From assembly GCF_000006765.1 (NCBI RefSeq), contig NC_002516.2: DNA of 64,000 bases; one strand, given 5' to 3'. The notes beneath the pieces were generated by a model. It ran no database searches. It was not told the origin of the DNA and saw nothing but the letters and a program-made list of their open reading frames with translations. Made by a program: the position numbers and the translations under genes. Positions 44,798 to 55,534 of this stretch are shown in pieces. Source of the DNA: Pseudomonas aeruginosa PAO1. GTDB taxonomy: Bacteria > Pseudomonadota > Gammaproteobacteria > Pseudomonadales > Pseudomonadaceae. Every line of letters starts with the position of its first letter. Position 1 is the first letter of the stretch.

Positions 44798-47700
44798 TCA
44801 GCGGGGCTTCTCGAATGGCTTGTCGAAGCTGATCTTCGGATCCTGCCAGGGGCCCTTGACGCTGTATTGCACGCTGGCGAAGCGCGAGACCCGGTCGCCG
44901 AGCAACTTGTCGACGACGAAGACCGCGCCGCCGACCGCCGGACCGCCAACTATCAGTGCCGCCAGGGTCAGGTTGTTGGTCAATGGCAAGGTCACCAGCA
45001 GCTTGGCGTCGATCCGATCGTGAGCCAGGTCCAGGGTACCGTTCAACTCCAGGTTGCTCGACGGTCCTTCCAGCTTCAGCGGCTCGCGGGTGACGTAGAC
45101 GCCGTCGGTGGCGGAGAGAACCCCCTTCACCCGGTCATAGCTCAGTCCCTTGCCGAGGATGTCCGAGAAATCCAGGCGCAGCCGGCGGTTGATCGCGTTG
45201 AAATTGAGCAGGCCAAACACTCGCAGCGCCTGGGCGCTGCCTTCGACCTCGACGAACTGCCCCTTGCGCAGCGATGCATCCATGCTGCCGCTGAAGCGCT
45301 TCAGGGCCATGTAGGCCGGCGATCCCGGCCACTGGCCGTTGATATCCATGCGGAAACGTTCGCTGGTGGCACTCGGCGCGAAATTCCAGGCCTTGAGCAC
45401 ATCCGCCAGGTTCTTGCCCTCGATCCGGCCCTGATAGGTGCTGCGGGTATTGCCCGGACTGCCGTCCCAACGCAGGCTGCCGTTGACGTGCAGGCCACGC
45501 AGGTCGAGGTCCAGGTCGTTGAACGCCACGCCGTTGCTGCCCGGCCGTACCTTCAGGCTCCAGGCGCCCAGCGGCTGGCCGCCGAGGGCGACCTGGCCGA
45601 TCTTCACGTCTACCGCCGGCAGGCTGCGCGGATCGACGGCGGCCAGCGGGTCCGAGTCCTCCACCTTGTTCTCGTCGGGAAGGGTCGACTTCGGCAGGTT
45701 CAGGCGGTCCAGATCGACCACGATCGGCGCGCCCCTGGCATCCGGCAGGACCAGGCGCCCCGATGCGAGGTCGCTGACCAGCACCAGTTGCCAGGCCCGC
45801 TCCTGGCGGGCCAGGTCGACGGTCAGGTTCTTCAGCTCCTGGCCGAAGCCCTTGAAGCTGTCGATGCGCAGGTCGGCGCCGCGCAGCAGGCCCGCAGCGC
45901 TACTGGCGGCCTGGTCGCCGTTGCCGTAGCGCTTCAGGGTGGCCTGCCAGGCGTCCCAGTCCAGTTCCGCCAGACGCCCGCGCACCCGCAGCCCCTGTGC
46001 CGAGGGCAGCAACGCCGGGTCACCGCCCAGGCGCAGGGCGCCGCGTCCGTTCAGCGGCTTGTCCGCCGGGGCCGCATAGGCCAGGCTGGCGAGGCCGTCG
46101 TAACGCGCCCAGTAACGTCGTTCGGCGCCATCCAGGGTCATCCGCCATTGGGTCGGCCGCGCCTGGGCGGCCGTCTTGCCGAACGGCGCCGGCAGGTCGA
46201 CGACGGCGCCCTTGAGATCCGAATCGATCTGCAATTGGCTGTCCTTGCCATCCAGCAGCAGGTTGAGCTGGAACGGCAGGCGTCCCGAGACCGGCAACGG
46301 ACGCTGGCCAGCGCCGAGCCAGTCGCTCAGCGACTTGACCGCCACCTGGCCGTTGAGCAGCAAGCGCGTGCGCGCATCGCCGCGCCCCTCGGCGACGATC
46401 CGCCCGCGTACCTCGCTGCCCAGCACCCGGGCCTGCACCGCCGGGGCGCTCAGGCCCTTGGCCAGGTCGAAACGGAAGTCGCCCTTCACTTCGCTCATAT
46501 CCAGCTTCGGACTGGGCATCTTCAGGGTCGCGCCCACGGTGGAGAAATCCACGACCACCCCGGTCTTGCCGGCCTCGTCGTGGTCCAGCGGAATATCCAG
46601 CGTCAGGTGGCCCTGCAAGGGCCCATCGCCCTCCCAGCCGGCGAAGATCTTGCGGGTCGGGATCGGCGCTTCCTGGAGCAGCTTGATGCCGTCCTTCAGG
46701 TTACTGTCGACGGCCCCATCCACATACAGGTGCGGCGTCTGTCCCGGACGGCCGAGGGGAATGTCGACCTTGACGTCGCTGACCCGGGAATTCAGCAGAT
46801 TCCCGCTGGAGGCCAGCACGCGGACTCCGGAATCCTCGACGAACACCTCGCCGACCGTTTTGCTCAGGGCGGGCCAGCCGGGCTGGTAGGCCAGCTCGCC
46901 GTCGCGAACCTTGAAGTACAGGTTCATGACGTGGGCTTCGGCCGCCGCGCCGCGGTTCAGCGAGCCCTGCCACTGGAAGTAGCCCTGCTCGACATGGCCA
47001 CTGCGGATCGCCGTCTTCAACCAGTTCGCCAGGCTTTTGTTCATTCCTGGCAACTGGGTCGGCAGGTACTTGGCGGTGAAGCGCGCGTCGCCGTCGCTGA
47101 GGCCGACCTGCAGGTCCATGTAGTCTTCAGCGCCGGGATCGCGCATCAGGCGGATCAGCATGTCGCCGGCCAGGCTGCCCTCCTCGCCCTCGACCCGCAT
47201 CAGGTGGCTGCCGAGGGTGAAGGCGCGGTCGTCCAGGCTCCAGAACATCCGCGTGCGAGCCTCGCGGTAGCGCCACGGCTCGGGAAACACCTTGGCCAGG
47301 TGCAGCATGAAATCCTGCGCCGATGCGTCGAGCTGGCCTCCGGCCAGGGTGCCGGTCAAGGTGCCGCTGACATTTTCCACTGCCGGAACCTCATGGAACG
47401 CCGAGATACCGACCTTTTCCAGGTTGGTCGCGTAGCTGACCCGCTCGGGCACCTCTCGCTGCGGCCAGAAATCGGCGTTCAGGTTGTGCAGGATGCCCTT
47501 CGGCTTCAGGCCCGCCACCCACTCCGCCGCCGCGTCCGGCAGCGGCGCCAGCGCTTCTATCGCCGGCACCAGGGGCGTCAGGTCGACGCGGTCGGCCTGC
47601 AGCTTCCAGTGTGGCTCGTTGTTCTGCTGGTCGCGACGCAACAGCAACTCCACCTCGCCCCAGCGCTGCTCGCCGAAATTCGCCGCCAGGTCGCCGACCC

Positions 47701-48637
47701 GAACCTTCCAGCCCTGCGCTTCGCGATCGAAGAACAGGTTCATGCCCAGGTCGTTGATTTCCACCGGCTTGCGCGCGGCATACGAGGCCTTCAACTGCGG
47801 CGCCAGCAGCCGTGCCACCAGCCGTTGCGCCTTGCCGTCGCGCCAGTCGAACCAGAAGTCGCCGCCGGCCTTGGCCCGGACGATCGTCCATTCCTGGGTC
47901 AGACCGGCCGGCAACCATTGCGCCCAGTCGCTCTGCGGCAGGCTGAGATAGAACCTGGCGCTGCTGCGCGGCCAGTCCTCGCTGTCGATCCGCCCTTCGG
48001 CGTGCAGCGCCAGGGGTTGGCCATCCGGCAGTTGCAGGCGGGCATCGAGACTCTGCCCACCGACCGATGAACTGCGCAGGGTCGCGCCGACCGCGCTGAG
48101 CGACAGCGCTGCGCTTCCCCGCGGCGCCACCTCCAGTTGACTGTCCAGCAGCGAGATGCGTTGGGTCTGCAGCAGGAATTGCAGGAGTTTCCGGGGATCG
48201 CTGGGCTTGTCGCTGTGCGGCAGGCCATCCAGGCTCCACTGGCCATCCTCACCTTCGCGCAGGGTCAGCTTGAGTCCCTCCAGCTCCAGGCTGCCGATCC
48301 GCACCTGGCGCGCCAGCAGGCTGCCGAGCAGGTCCGGCGCCAGCCGCACCCGCGCCAGGCGCAGACTCTGTTCGCCGTCGCCGACCTGAATGTCGCGCGC
48401 TACCACCAGAGGCTCGAAGCCGCGCCAGGAGCCCGTCAGTTCGGCAATCCGCACCGGTATGCCGAGTTGCTTGCCAGCTTCGTCCTCCAGCTGCTGGCGG
48501 TATTCGGCCACCAGCGGCACCAGTTGCCGGCCAAGGCTGACGTACAGCGCCAGCAGCACCAGTACCAGGGCGCACAGACCCAGGACGATCCGTAGCAGTC
48601 GCGTTCCGAGGCTTCCCACATCCGCCATTTCAGCCAT
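44798..48637 (-). CDS. yhdP: AsmA-family phospholipid transport protein YhdP; start at 48637 or 48628
   Basis: N-terminal TM, about 1270 aa rich in beta structure, C-terminal YSVKGPWQDP; located between rng and tldD. Confidence 0.92.
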   Translation of the reverse strand: MAEMADVGSLGTRLLRIVLGLCALVLVLLALYVSLGRQLVPLVAEYRQQLEDEAGKQLGIPVRIAELTGSWRGFEPLVVARDIQVGDGEQSLRLARVRLAPDLLGSLLARQVRIGSLELEGLKLTLREGEDGQWSLDGLPHSDKPSDPRKLLQFLLQTQRISLLDSQLEVAPRGSAALSLSAVGATLRSSSVGGQSLDARLQLPDGQPLALHAEGRIDSEDWPRSSARFYLSLPQSDWAQWLPAGLTQEWTIVRAKAGGDFWFDWRDGKAQRLVARLLAPQLKASYAARKPVEINDLGMNLFFDREAQGWKVRVGDLAANFGEQRWGEVELLLRRDQQNNEPHWKLQADRVDLTPLVPAIEALAPLPDAAAEWVAGLKPKGILHNLNADFWPQREVPERVSYATNLEKVGISAFHEVPAVENVSGTLTGTLAGGQLDASAQDFMLHLAKVFPEPWRYREARTRMFWSLDDRAFTLGSHLMRVEGEEGSLAGDMLIRLMRDPGAEDYMDLQVGLSDGDARFTAKYLPTQLPGMNKSLANWLKTAIRSGHVEQGYFQWQGSLNRGAAAEAHVMNLYFKVRDGELAYQPGWPALSKTVGEVFVEDSGVRVLASSGNLLNSRVSDVKVDIPLGRPGQTPHLYVDGAVDSNLKDGIKLLQEAPIPTRKIFAGWEGDGPLQGHLTLDIPLDHDEAGKTGVVVDFSTVGATLKMPSPKLDMSEVKGDFRFDLAKGLSAPAVQARVLGSEVRGRIVAEGRGDARTRLLLNGQVAVKSLSDWLGAGQRPLPVSGRLPFQLNLLLDGKDSQLQIDSDLKGAVVDLPAPFGKTAAQARPTQWRMTLDGAERRYWARYDGLASLAYAAPADKPLNGRGALRLGGDPALLPSAQGLRVRGRLAELDWDAWQATLKRYGNGDQAASSAAGLLRGADLRIDSFKGFGQELKNLTVDLARQERAWQLVLVSDLASGRLVLPDARGAPIVVDLDRLNLPKSTLPDENKVEDSDPLAAVDPRSLPAVDVKIGQVALGGQPLGAWSLKVRPGSNGVAFNDLDLDLRGLHVNGSLRWDGSPGNTRSTYQGRIEGKNLADVLKAWNFAPSATSERFRMDINGQWPGSPAYMALKRFSGSMDASLRKGQFVEVEGSAQALRVFGLLNFNAINRRLRLDFSDILGKGLSYDRVKGVLSATDGVYVTREPLKLEGPSSNLELNGTLDLAHDRIDAKLLVTLPLTNNLTLAALIVGGPAVGGAVFVVDKLLGDRVSRFASVQYSVKGPWQDPKISFDKPFEKPR

Positions 48638-48642
48638 ACGCC

Positions 48643-50100
48643 TCAGAGCAGGACCACGTCATATTGCTCCTGCGAGTACATCGCCTCGACCTGGAACTTG
48701 ATGGTGCGGCCGATGAACGCCTCGAGATCGGCGACGTTACCCGACTCCTCGTCGAGCAGCCGGTCCACCACCTTCTGGTTGGCCAGCACCAGGTAGGAGT
48801 CGGCCTGGTAGGCACGCGCCTCGCGGAGAATCTCGCGGAAAATCTCGTAGCAGGTGGTTTCCGCAGTCTTCAGCATGCCGCGTCCCTGGCAGCAGGGGCA
48901 CGGCTCGCAGAGGATCTGCACCAGGCTTTCGCGGGTGCGCTTGCGGGTCATCTGCACCAGGCCCAACTCGGTGATGCCGATGATGTTGGTCTTCGCGTGG
49001 TCGCGCTCCAGTTGCTTCTCCAGGGTGCGCAGGACCTGCCGGCGATGCTCCTCGTCCTCCATGTCGATGAAGTCGATGATGATGATCCCGCCCAGGTTGC
49101 GCAGGCGCAGCTGGCGGGCGATCGCGGTGGCCGCCTCGAGGTTGGTCTTGAAGATGGTTTCCTCGAGGTTGCGATGGCCGACGAAGGCGCCGGTGTTCAC
49201 GTCGATGGTGGTCATCGCCTCGGTCGGATCGACGATCAGGTAGCCGCCGGACTTCAGCAGTACCTTGCGCTCCAGGGCTTTCTGGATTTCGTCCTCGACG
49301 CCGTAGAGATCGAAGATCGGTCGCTCGCCCGGGTAATGTTCGAGGCGATCGGAAATCTCCGGCATCAATTCTTCGACGAAGGAAGTGATCTTCTGGAAGT
49401 TCTCTCGCGAGTCAATGCGGATCTTCTCGATCCGCGGGTTCACCAGGTCGCGCAGGGTACGGATCGCCAGGGACAGGTCTTCGTAGATCACCGAAGGCGC
49501 GCCGACGGTCTGGATCTGCGCGGCGATCTGGTCCCATAGCCGGCGAAGGTAGCGGATGTCGGCGAGAATCTCGTCCTCGCCCGCACCTTCCGCGGCGGTG
49601 CGCAGGATGAAGCCGCCCTGTCCCTCGATGCCTTCCGCCGCCACGCAGTCGGCCACTACCTTCTTCAGGCGCTCGCGCTCGACTTCGTCCTCGATCCGCA
49701 GGGATATCCCGACATGACTGGTGCGCGGCATGTACACCAGATAGCGCGAAGGAATCGACAGGTGGGTGGTCAGCCGTGCGCCCTTGGTGCCGATCGGATC
49801 CTTGGTCACCTGCACCACCAGCGCCTGCCCCTCATGGACCAGGGCACTGATGCTTTCCACGGCGCTGCCTTCGCGATTGGATATCTCGGCGGCATGGATG
49901 AACGCCGCACGTTCCAGGCCGATGTCGACGAACGCCGCCTGCATCCCCGGCAGTACCCGTACCACCCGCCCCTTGTAGATATTGCCGACGATGCCGCGCC
50001 GCTGGGTGCGTTCGACATGCACTTCCTGCAGGACGCCGTTTTCCACCACCGCCACGCGCGACTCCATCGGCGTGATATTGATCAGGATCTCTTCGCTCAT
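48643..50100 (-). CDS. rng: Ribonuclease G (CafA)
   Basis: S1 domain GNIYKGRV...AAFVDIG, IDVNTG, GGIIIIDFIDM, CPCCQG. Confidence 0.96.
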   Translation of the reverse strand: MSEEILINITPMESRVAVVENGVLQEVHVERTQRRGIVGNIYKGRVVRVLPGMQAAFVDIGLERAAFIHAAEISNREGSAVESISALVHEGQALVVQVTKDPIGTKGARLTTHLSIPSRYLVYMPRTSHVGISLRIEDEVERERLKKVVADCVAAEGIEGQGGFILRTAAEGAGEDEILADIRYLRRLWDQIAAQIQTVGAPSVIYEDLSLAIRTLRDLVNPRIEKIRIDSRENFQKITSFVEELMPEISDRLEHYPGERPIFDLYGVEDEIQKALERKVLLKSGGYLIVDPTEAMTTIDVNTGAFVGHRNLEETIFKTNLEAATAIARQLRLRNLGGIIIIDFIDMEDEEHRRQVLRTLEKQLERDHAKTNIIGITELGLVQMTRKRTRESLVQILCEPCPCCQGRGMLKTAETTCYEIFREILREARAYQADSYLVLANQKVVDRLLDEESGNVADLEAFIGRTIKFQVEAMYSQEQYDVVLL

Positions 50101-50133
50101 GCGTCCACTGTCCTTATTTCGGCGCGTTAGGCG

Positions 50134-50739
50134 TTACGGCGGGTTGCCACCCACGGGCTGCCAGCAAGGGATGCCGAATTCCCTCAACAGTTCCGCAGTT
50201 TCACACAAAGGCAGCCCGACCACCGCACTGTAACTGCCTTCGATGCGGCTGACGAATATCGCCCCGAGGCCCTGGATCGCATATCCGCCCGCTTTGTCCG
50301 CCGGCTCGCCGCTCTGCCAGTAGCGCAGCGCTTCTTCCGGAGCGACCTGGCGGAAGCGCACCCGGCACTCCACCACCCGCGCCTCGACGCCGCCAGCGGC
50401 GGCCAGGGCCACGGCGGTGAGAACCTGGTGTTCGCGCCCGGACAGCGCAGCCAGCATGGCCAGCCCGTCGGCCTGGTCCACGGGCTTGCCGAGAATTCGC
50501 CCGTCGATCACCACCGAGGTATCCGCGCCCAGGACACAACCGTCCTCGCCGCGCCCTTCCAGCATAGCCAGCCCGGCGGCCGCCTTGCCGCGCGCCAGGC
50601 GCTCGACGTAGGCGGCGGGCGCTTCGTTCGGCAAGGGGGACTCGTCGATAGCGGTGACGAGCACGGACAGCGGAACGCCGATCTGGGTCAGCAGTTCACG
50701 GCGACGGGGCGAGGCGGAGGCGAGATACAGCGACGGCAT
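50134..50739 (-). CDS. maf: Maf/YhdE nucleoside triphosphate pyrophosphatase
   Basis: [34 protein letters not shown]. Confidence 0.94.
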   Translation of the reverse strand: MPSLYLASASPRRRELLTQIGVPLSVLVTAIDESPLPNEAPAAYVERLARGKAAAGLAMLEGRGEDGCVLGADTSVVIDGRILGKPVDQADGLAMLAALSGREHQVLTAVALAAAGGVEARVVECRVRFRQVAPEEALRYWQSGEPADKAGGYAIQGLGAIFVSRIEGSYSAVVGLPLCETAELLREFGIPCWQPVGGNPP

Positions 50740-50827
50740 GGAGGCTCCCGGGAAACGCGTCGGGCGATGCGCCGATCACCCGTTTCGAAGAATGACGTAT
50801 CCGCCGCAGCATAGCTGCGAAGCGGAC

Positions 50828-51322
50828 CTACCTCACGTTGAGACGCAGGCGGACGAACTGCAGCAGGGCGTACACCCAGGGCCAGAGCAGCGCGCTGACC
50901 AGGGCCGGAAGCAGGAAGGTCAGGGTCGGCGGGCGATTGCCGGTCAGGGCGTTGAGCCAGAGCTGGAGCAGCTGCGCCAGGCCGTAGACCACCACCAGCA
51001 CCAGGCACTGCTGCCAGGCCGGGAACATGCGCAGGCGCTGGTGCAGGGACAGCACGAGGAAGGTGATCAGGCCGAGGATCAGCGCGTTCTGCCCGAGCAG
51101 GTTGCCGTAGAGCACGTCCTGGGCCAGGCCGAGCAGCCAGGCGGTGACCATCCCGACGCGCTCGGGCAGCAGCAACACCCAGTAGGTCAGCAGCATCGCC
51201 AGCCACAGCGGGCGGCCGATCTCGGTGAAGGTAGGCATCGGCGCTACGGCCAGCACCAGCCCGACCAGCAGGCTCAGCCAGATCACCCAGACATTGTTCG
51301 AACCCTGGGTCGCGCGAGCCAT
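50828..51322 (-). CDS. mreD: Rod shape-determining protein MreD
   Basis: Hydrophobic multi-TM protein, GLAQDVLYGNLLGQNAL. Confidence 0.94.
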   Translation of the reverse strand: MARATQGSNNVWVIWLSLLVGLVLAVAPMPTFTEIGRPLWLAMLLTYWVLLLPERVGMVTAWLLGLAQDVLYGNLLGQNALILGLITFLVLSLHQRLRMFPAWQQCLVLVVVYGLAQLLQLWLNALTGNRPPTLTFLLPALVSALLWPWVYALLQFVRLRLNVR

Positions 51323-52362
51323 CAGCGGCGCCCCCCGTTCGCCGCCGGAGCGGCAGGCTGCGTGGGAGCTGGCGCGGGCGCGGCGGCGGGCTGCTGCGCA
51401 GCGCCCTGGGCTGCCGGGGTGGCGGGCGACGGCGCGGCGGCCGGTTGCGCGGCAGGCTGGGGCGCCTGGGCGCCGGCGGCGGCTTTCTTGTCCGCCTCTT
51501 CCTGGGCCTCGGCGGCGTCGTTGGCGCGCTGTTCCGGGGTGCGGCTGTCGCTGAACACCAGCAGCACGTAGCGGCTACGGTTCATCTTCGCGGTCGGCAC
51601 CGCGCGCACCACGGCGAACGGCTGGCCGGAATCGTGGATCACTTCCTTGACCGTGGCCACCGGATAGCCGGCGGGGAAGCGTTGCCCCAGGCCGGAGCTG
51701 ACCAGTAGGTCGCCTTCCTTGATGTCGGCGGTGTCGGCGACGTAGCGCAATTCCAGGCGCTCGGGATTGCCGGTGCCGACGGCGATGGCGCGCAGGCCGT
51801 TGCGATTGACCTGCACCGGGATACTGTGGGTGGTGTCGGTGAGCAGCAGGACCCGCGCGGTATAGGGCATCACCTCGACCACCTGGCCCATCAGGCCGCT
51901 GGCATCGAGCACCGGCTGGCCGACGAAGACGCCGTCGTTCTCGCCCTTGTCGATCATGATGCGTTGGGTGAAGGGGTTCGGATCGACGCCGATCAGCTCG
52001 CTGACCAGTACCTTGTCGTCGACCAGCGCGGCGGAATTGAGCAGCTCGCGCAGGCGCACGTTCTGCTCGGTGAGCGCGGCGAGTTTCTGCACCCGGCGCT
52101 GCATCAGCAGGGACTCGGCCTTGAGGCGTTCGTTCTCGGCGATCAGCTCGCTACGGCTGCTGAACTGGTCGCGCACGCCTTCCCAGGCGCGCACCGGCAT
52201 TTCCGCCAGGCCGTAGAAAGGCGTGAGCACCATCCCCAGCTTGCTACGGACGGGCTCCAGATAGTCGAACCGGGCGTCCACCACCATCAGGCTGACCGAC
52301 AGCACGGCCAGCACCAACAGGCGAACGCCCAGCGACGGGCCTTTGGAGAATAGCGGTTTGAT
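51322..52362 (-). CDS. mreC: Rod shape-determining protein MreC; proposed ATC start at 52362
   Basis: Conserved N-terminus KPLFSKGPS, coiled coil ENERLK...NVRLRELL, LLVSSGLGQRFPAGYPV; AGGAG 6 nt upstream of the ATC. Confidence 0.93.
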   Translation of the reverse strand: MKPLFSKGPSLGVRLLVLAVLSVSLMVVDARFDYLEPVRSKLGMVLTPFYGLAEMPVRAWEGVRDQFSSRSELIAENERLKAESLLMQRRVQKLAALTEQNVRLRELLNSAALVDDKVLVSELIGVDPNPFTQRIMIDKGENDGVFVGQPVLDASGLMGQVVEVMPYTARVLLLTDTTHSIPVQVNRNGLRAIAVGTGNPERLELRYVADTADIKEGDLLVSSGLGQRFPAGYPVATVKEVIHDSGQPFAVVRAVPTAKMNRSRYVLLVFSDSRTPEQRANDAAEAQEEADKKAAAGAQAPQPAAQPAAAPSPATPAAQGAAQQPAAAPAPAPTQPAAPAANGGRR

Positions 52363-52393
52363 GATCCGCTCCTAGGCGACGATGCTCGCCACC

Positions 52394-53443
<1,050 letters not shown>

Positions 53444-53490
53444 CTAGGCGAAGCGTGGGTGAAAAATACGCGGGTAAAAAAGTGCGGCAA

Positions 53491-53539
53491 ACTCTAACAA
53501 CGACGGGGATTTTGGGCAAGGCGGGCAATATGCTAAATT
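53491..53539. promoter_or_regulatory. Back-to-back promoters for mreB (minus) and gatC (plus) with overlapping -35 boxes
   Basis: Minus: TTGCCC-17-(TGt)TAGAGT; plus: TTGGGC-16-(TGc)TAAATT. Confidence 0.55.
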
Positions 53540-53670
53540 GCAGGCTTTTCCCGGCCCCACAAGGCCCGTCCAGGCGGAATTAGACCGCCGACCGCGGCAT
53601 CCGTTCCCTGCCTTATATAACGCATGGCGCCCCGCCGCCCTTCCAAGGCCGCTTTTGCTGGAGACTCCCG

Positions 53671-53961
53671 ATGGCGCTTGAACGCTCCGACGTGGAAAAA
53701 ATCGCCCATCTCGCCCGCCTGGGCCTGAGCGAGGCCGATCTTCCGCGCACCACCGAGACCCTGAACAACATCCTCGGCCTGATCGACCAGATGCAGGCGG
53801 TCGACACCAGCGGCGTCGAACCGCTCGCCCATCCGCTGGAAGCCACCCAGCGCCTGCGCCCGGACGCGGTCACCGAGACCGATCACCGCGACGCCTACCA
53901 GACCATCGCCCCCGCCGTGGAAGAAGGTCTGTACCTGGTTCCGAAAGTCATCGAGTCATAA
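53671..53961 (+). CDS. gatC: Asp/Glu-tRNA amidotransferase subunit C
   Basis: [24 protein letters not shown]. Confidence 0.96.
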   Translation: MALERSDVEKIAHLARLGLSEADLPRTTETLNNILGLIDQMQAVDTSGVEPLAHPLEATQRLRPDAVTETDHRDAYQTIAPAVEEGLYLVPKVIES

Positions 53962-53973
53962 GGACGCGGACAC

Positions 53974-55428
53974 ATGCTGCATCAATTGACCCTCGCCGAG
54001 ATCGCCCGCGCCCTCGCCGACAAGCAATTTTCCGCCGAAGAGCTGACCCGCACCCTGCTCGGTCGCATCCGGCAGCTGGATCCCCAGCTCAACAGTTTCA
54101 TCAGCATCACCGACGACCTGGCCATCGCCCAGGCCAAGGCAGCCGACGAACGGCGCGCCAACGGCGAGAACGGCGCCCTGCTCGGCGCGCCGATCGCCCA
54201 CAAGGACCTGTTCTGCACCCAGGGCGTACGCACCAGCTGCGGTTCGAAGATGCTCGACAACTTCGTCTCGCCCTACGACGCCACCGTGGTCGAGAAGCTC
54301 ACCGCCGCCGGCGCCGTTACCCTCGGCAAGCTGAACATGGATGAATTCGCCATGGGCTCGTCGAACCAGTCCAGCCACTACGGCGCGGTGAAGAACCCCT
54401 GGAGCCTCGACCGCGTGCCGGGCGGCTCCTCCGGCGGTTCCGCCGCGGCAGTCGCCGCGCGCCTGCTGCCGGCCGCCACCGGCACCGATACCGGCGGCTC
54501 GATCCGCCAACCGGCGGCGCTGACCAACCTCACCGGGATCAAGCCAACCTACGGCCGGGTTTCCCGCTGGGGCATGATCGCCTACGCTTCCAGCCTCGAC
54601 CAGGGCGGCCCGCTGGCGCGCACCGCCGAGGACTGCGCGCTGATGCTGGGGGTGATGGCCGGATTCGATCCGAAGGACTCGACCAGCGTCGAACAGCCGG
54701 TGGACGACTACCTGGCCGCCCTGCAGAAGCCGCTGAGCGGCCTGCGCATCGGCCTGCCGCGGGAATACTTCGGCGCCGGCCTCGACAGCCGCATCGCCGA
54801 CGCGGTGCTGGCCGTGGTCGAGGAGCTGAAGACGCTCGGCGCCACGGTGAAGGACATTTCCCTGCCGAACATGCAGCACGCCATCCCGGCCTACTACGTA
54901 ATCGCGCCGGCCGAGGCGTCCTCCAACCTGTCGCGCTTCGACGGCGTGCGCTATGGCTATCGTTGCGACGCCCCGCAGAACCTGGAAGACCTGTACAAGC
55001 GCTCGCGCGCGGAAGGCTTCGGCAGCGAAGTGAAGAACCGCATCATGGTCGGCACCTACGCACTCTCGGCCGGCTACTACGATGCCTATTACCTGCAGGC
55101 TCAGAAGATTCGCCGGCTGATCAAGAACGACTTCGTCAGCGCCTTTGCCGAAGTGGACGTGATCCTCGGCCCGACCACGCCGAACCCGGCCTGGAAGATC
55201 GGCGAGAAGAACGACGACCCGGTTTCCCAGTACCTGGAAGACATCTACACCATCACCGCCAACCTCGCCGGCCTGCCGGGGCTGTCCATGCCCGCCGGCT
55301 TCGTCGACGGCCTGCCGGTGGGTGTCCAGTTGCTCGCGCCCTACTTCCAGGAAGGCCGCCTGCTCAACGTCGCGCACCAGTACCAGCAGGTCAGCGACTG
55401 GCACACCCGCACCCCGGCCGGCTTCTAA
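53974..55428 (+). CDS. gatA: Asp/Glu-tRNA amidotransferase subunit A
   Basis: [22 protein letters not shown] amidase signature. Confidence 0.97.
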   Translation: MLHQLTLAEIARALADKQFSAEELTRTLLGRIRQLDPQLNSFISITDDLAIAQAKAADERRANGENGALLGAPIAHKDLFCTQGVRTSCGSKMLDNFVSPYDATVVEKLTAAGAVTLGKLNMDEFAMGSSNQSSHYGAVKNPWSLDRVPGGSSGGSAAAVAARLLPAATGTDTGGSIRQPAALTNLTGIKPTYGRVSRWGMIAYASSLDQGGPLARTAEDCALMLGVMAGFDPKDSTSVEQPVDDYLAALQKPLSGLRIGLPREYFGAGLDSRIADAVLAVVEELKTLGATVKDISLPNMQHAIPAYYVIAPAEASSNLSRFDGVRYGYRCDAPQNLEDLYKRSRAEGFGSEVKNRIMVGTYALSAGYYDAYYLQAQKIRRLIKNDFVSAFAEVDVILGPTTPNPAWKIGEKNDDPVSQYLEDIYTITANLAGLPGLSMPAGFVDGLPVGVQLLAPYFQEGRLLNVAHQYQQVSDWHTRTPAGF

Positions 55429-55443
55429 GCCATGGCAACGCCA

Positions 55444-55506
55444 CGCAGTCCCCTCCCCTCTCCCGGCGCGGAGAGGGCGACCCGCAGGGTCGGCAGCGGG
55501 ACTGCG
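55444..55506. repeat. Three-stem palindromic element in the gatA-gatB spacer
   Basis: Outer stem CGCAGTCCC/GGGACTGCG, inner stems CCCTCTCC/GGAGAGGG and CGACCC/GGGTCG, all perfect. Confidence 0.65.
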
Positions 55507-55534
55507 CAGGCACAGAAGGATTGAGGAACACCAC

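Noticed and set aside
44615-48070. 1151-aa plus-strand ORF antisense to yhdP
   Set aside because: No recognisable motifs; typical stop-poor shadow frame opposite a codon-biased high-GC gene
55322-55534. N-terminal extension of GatB in the ORF track
   Set aside because: Overlaps gatA and the palindromic spacer; the conserved start MQWETV has its own RBS
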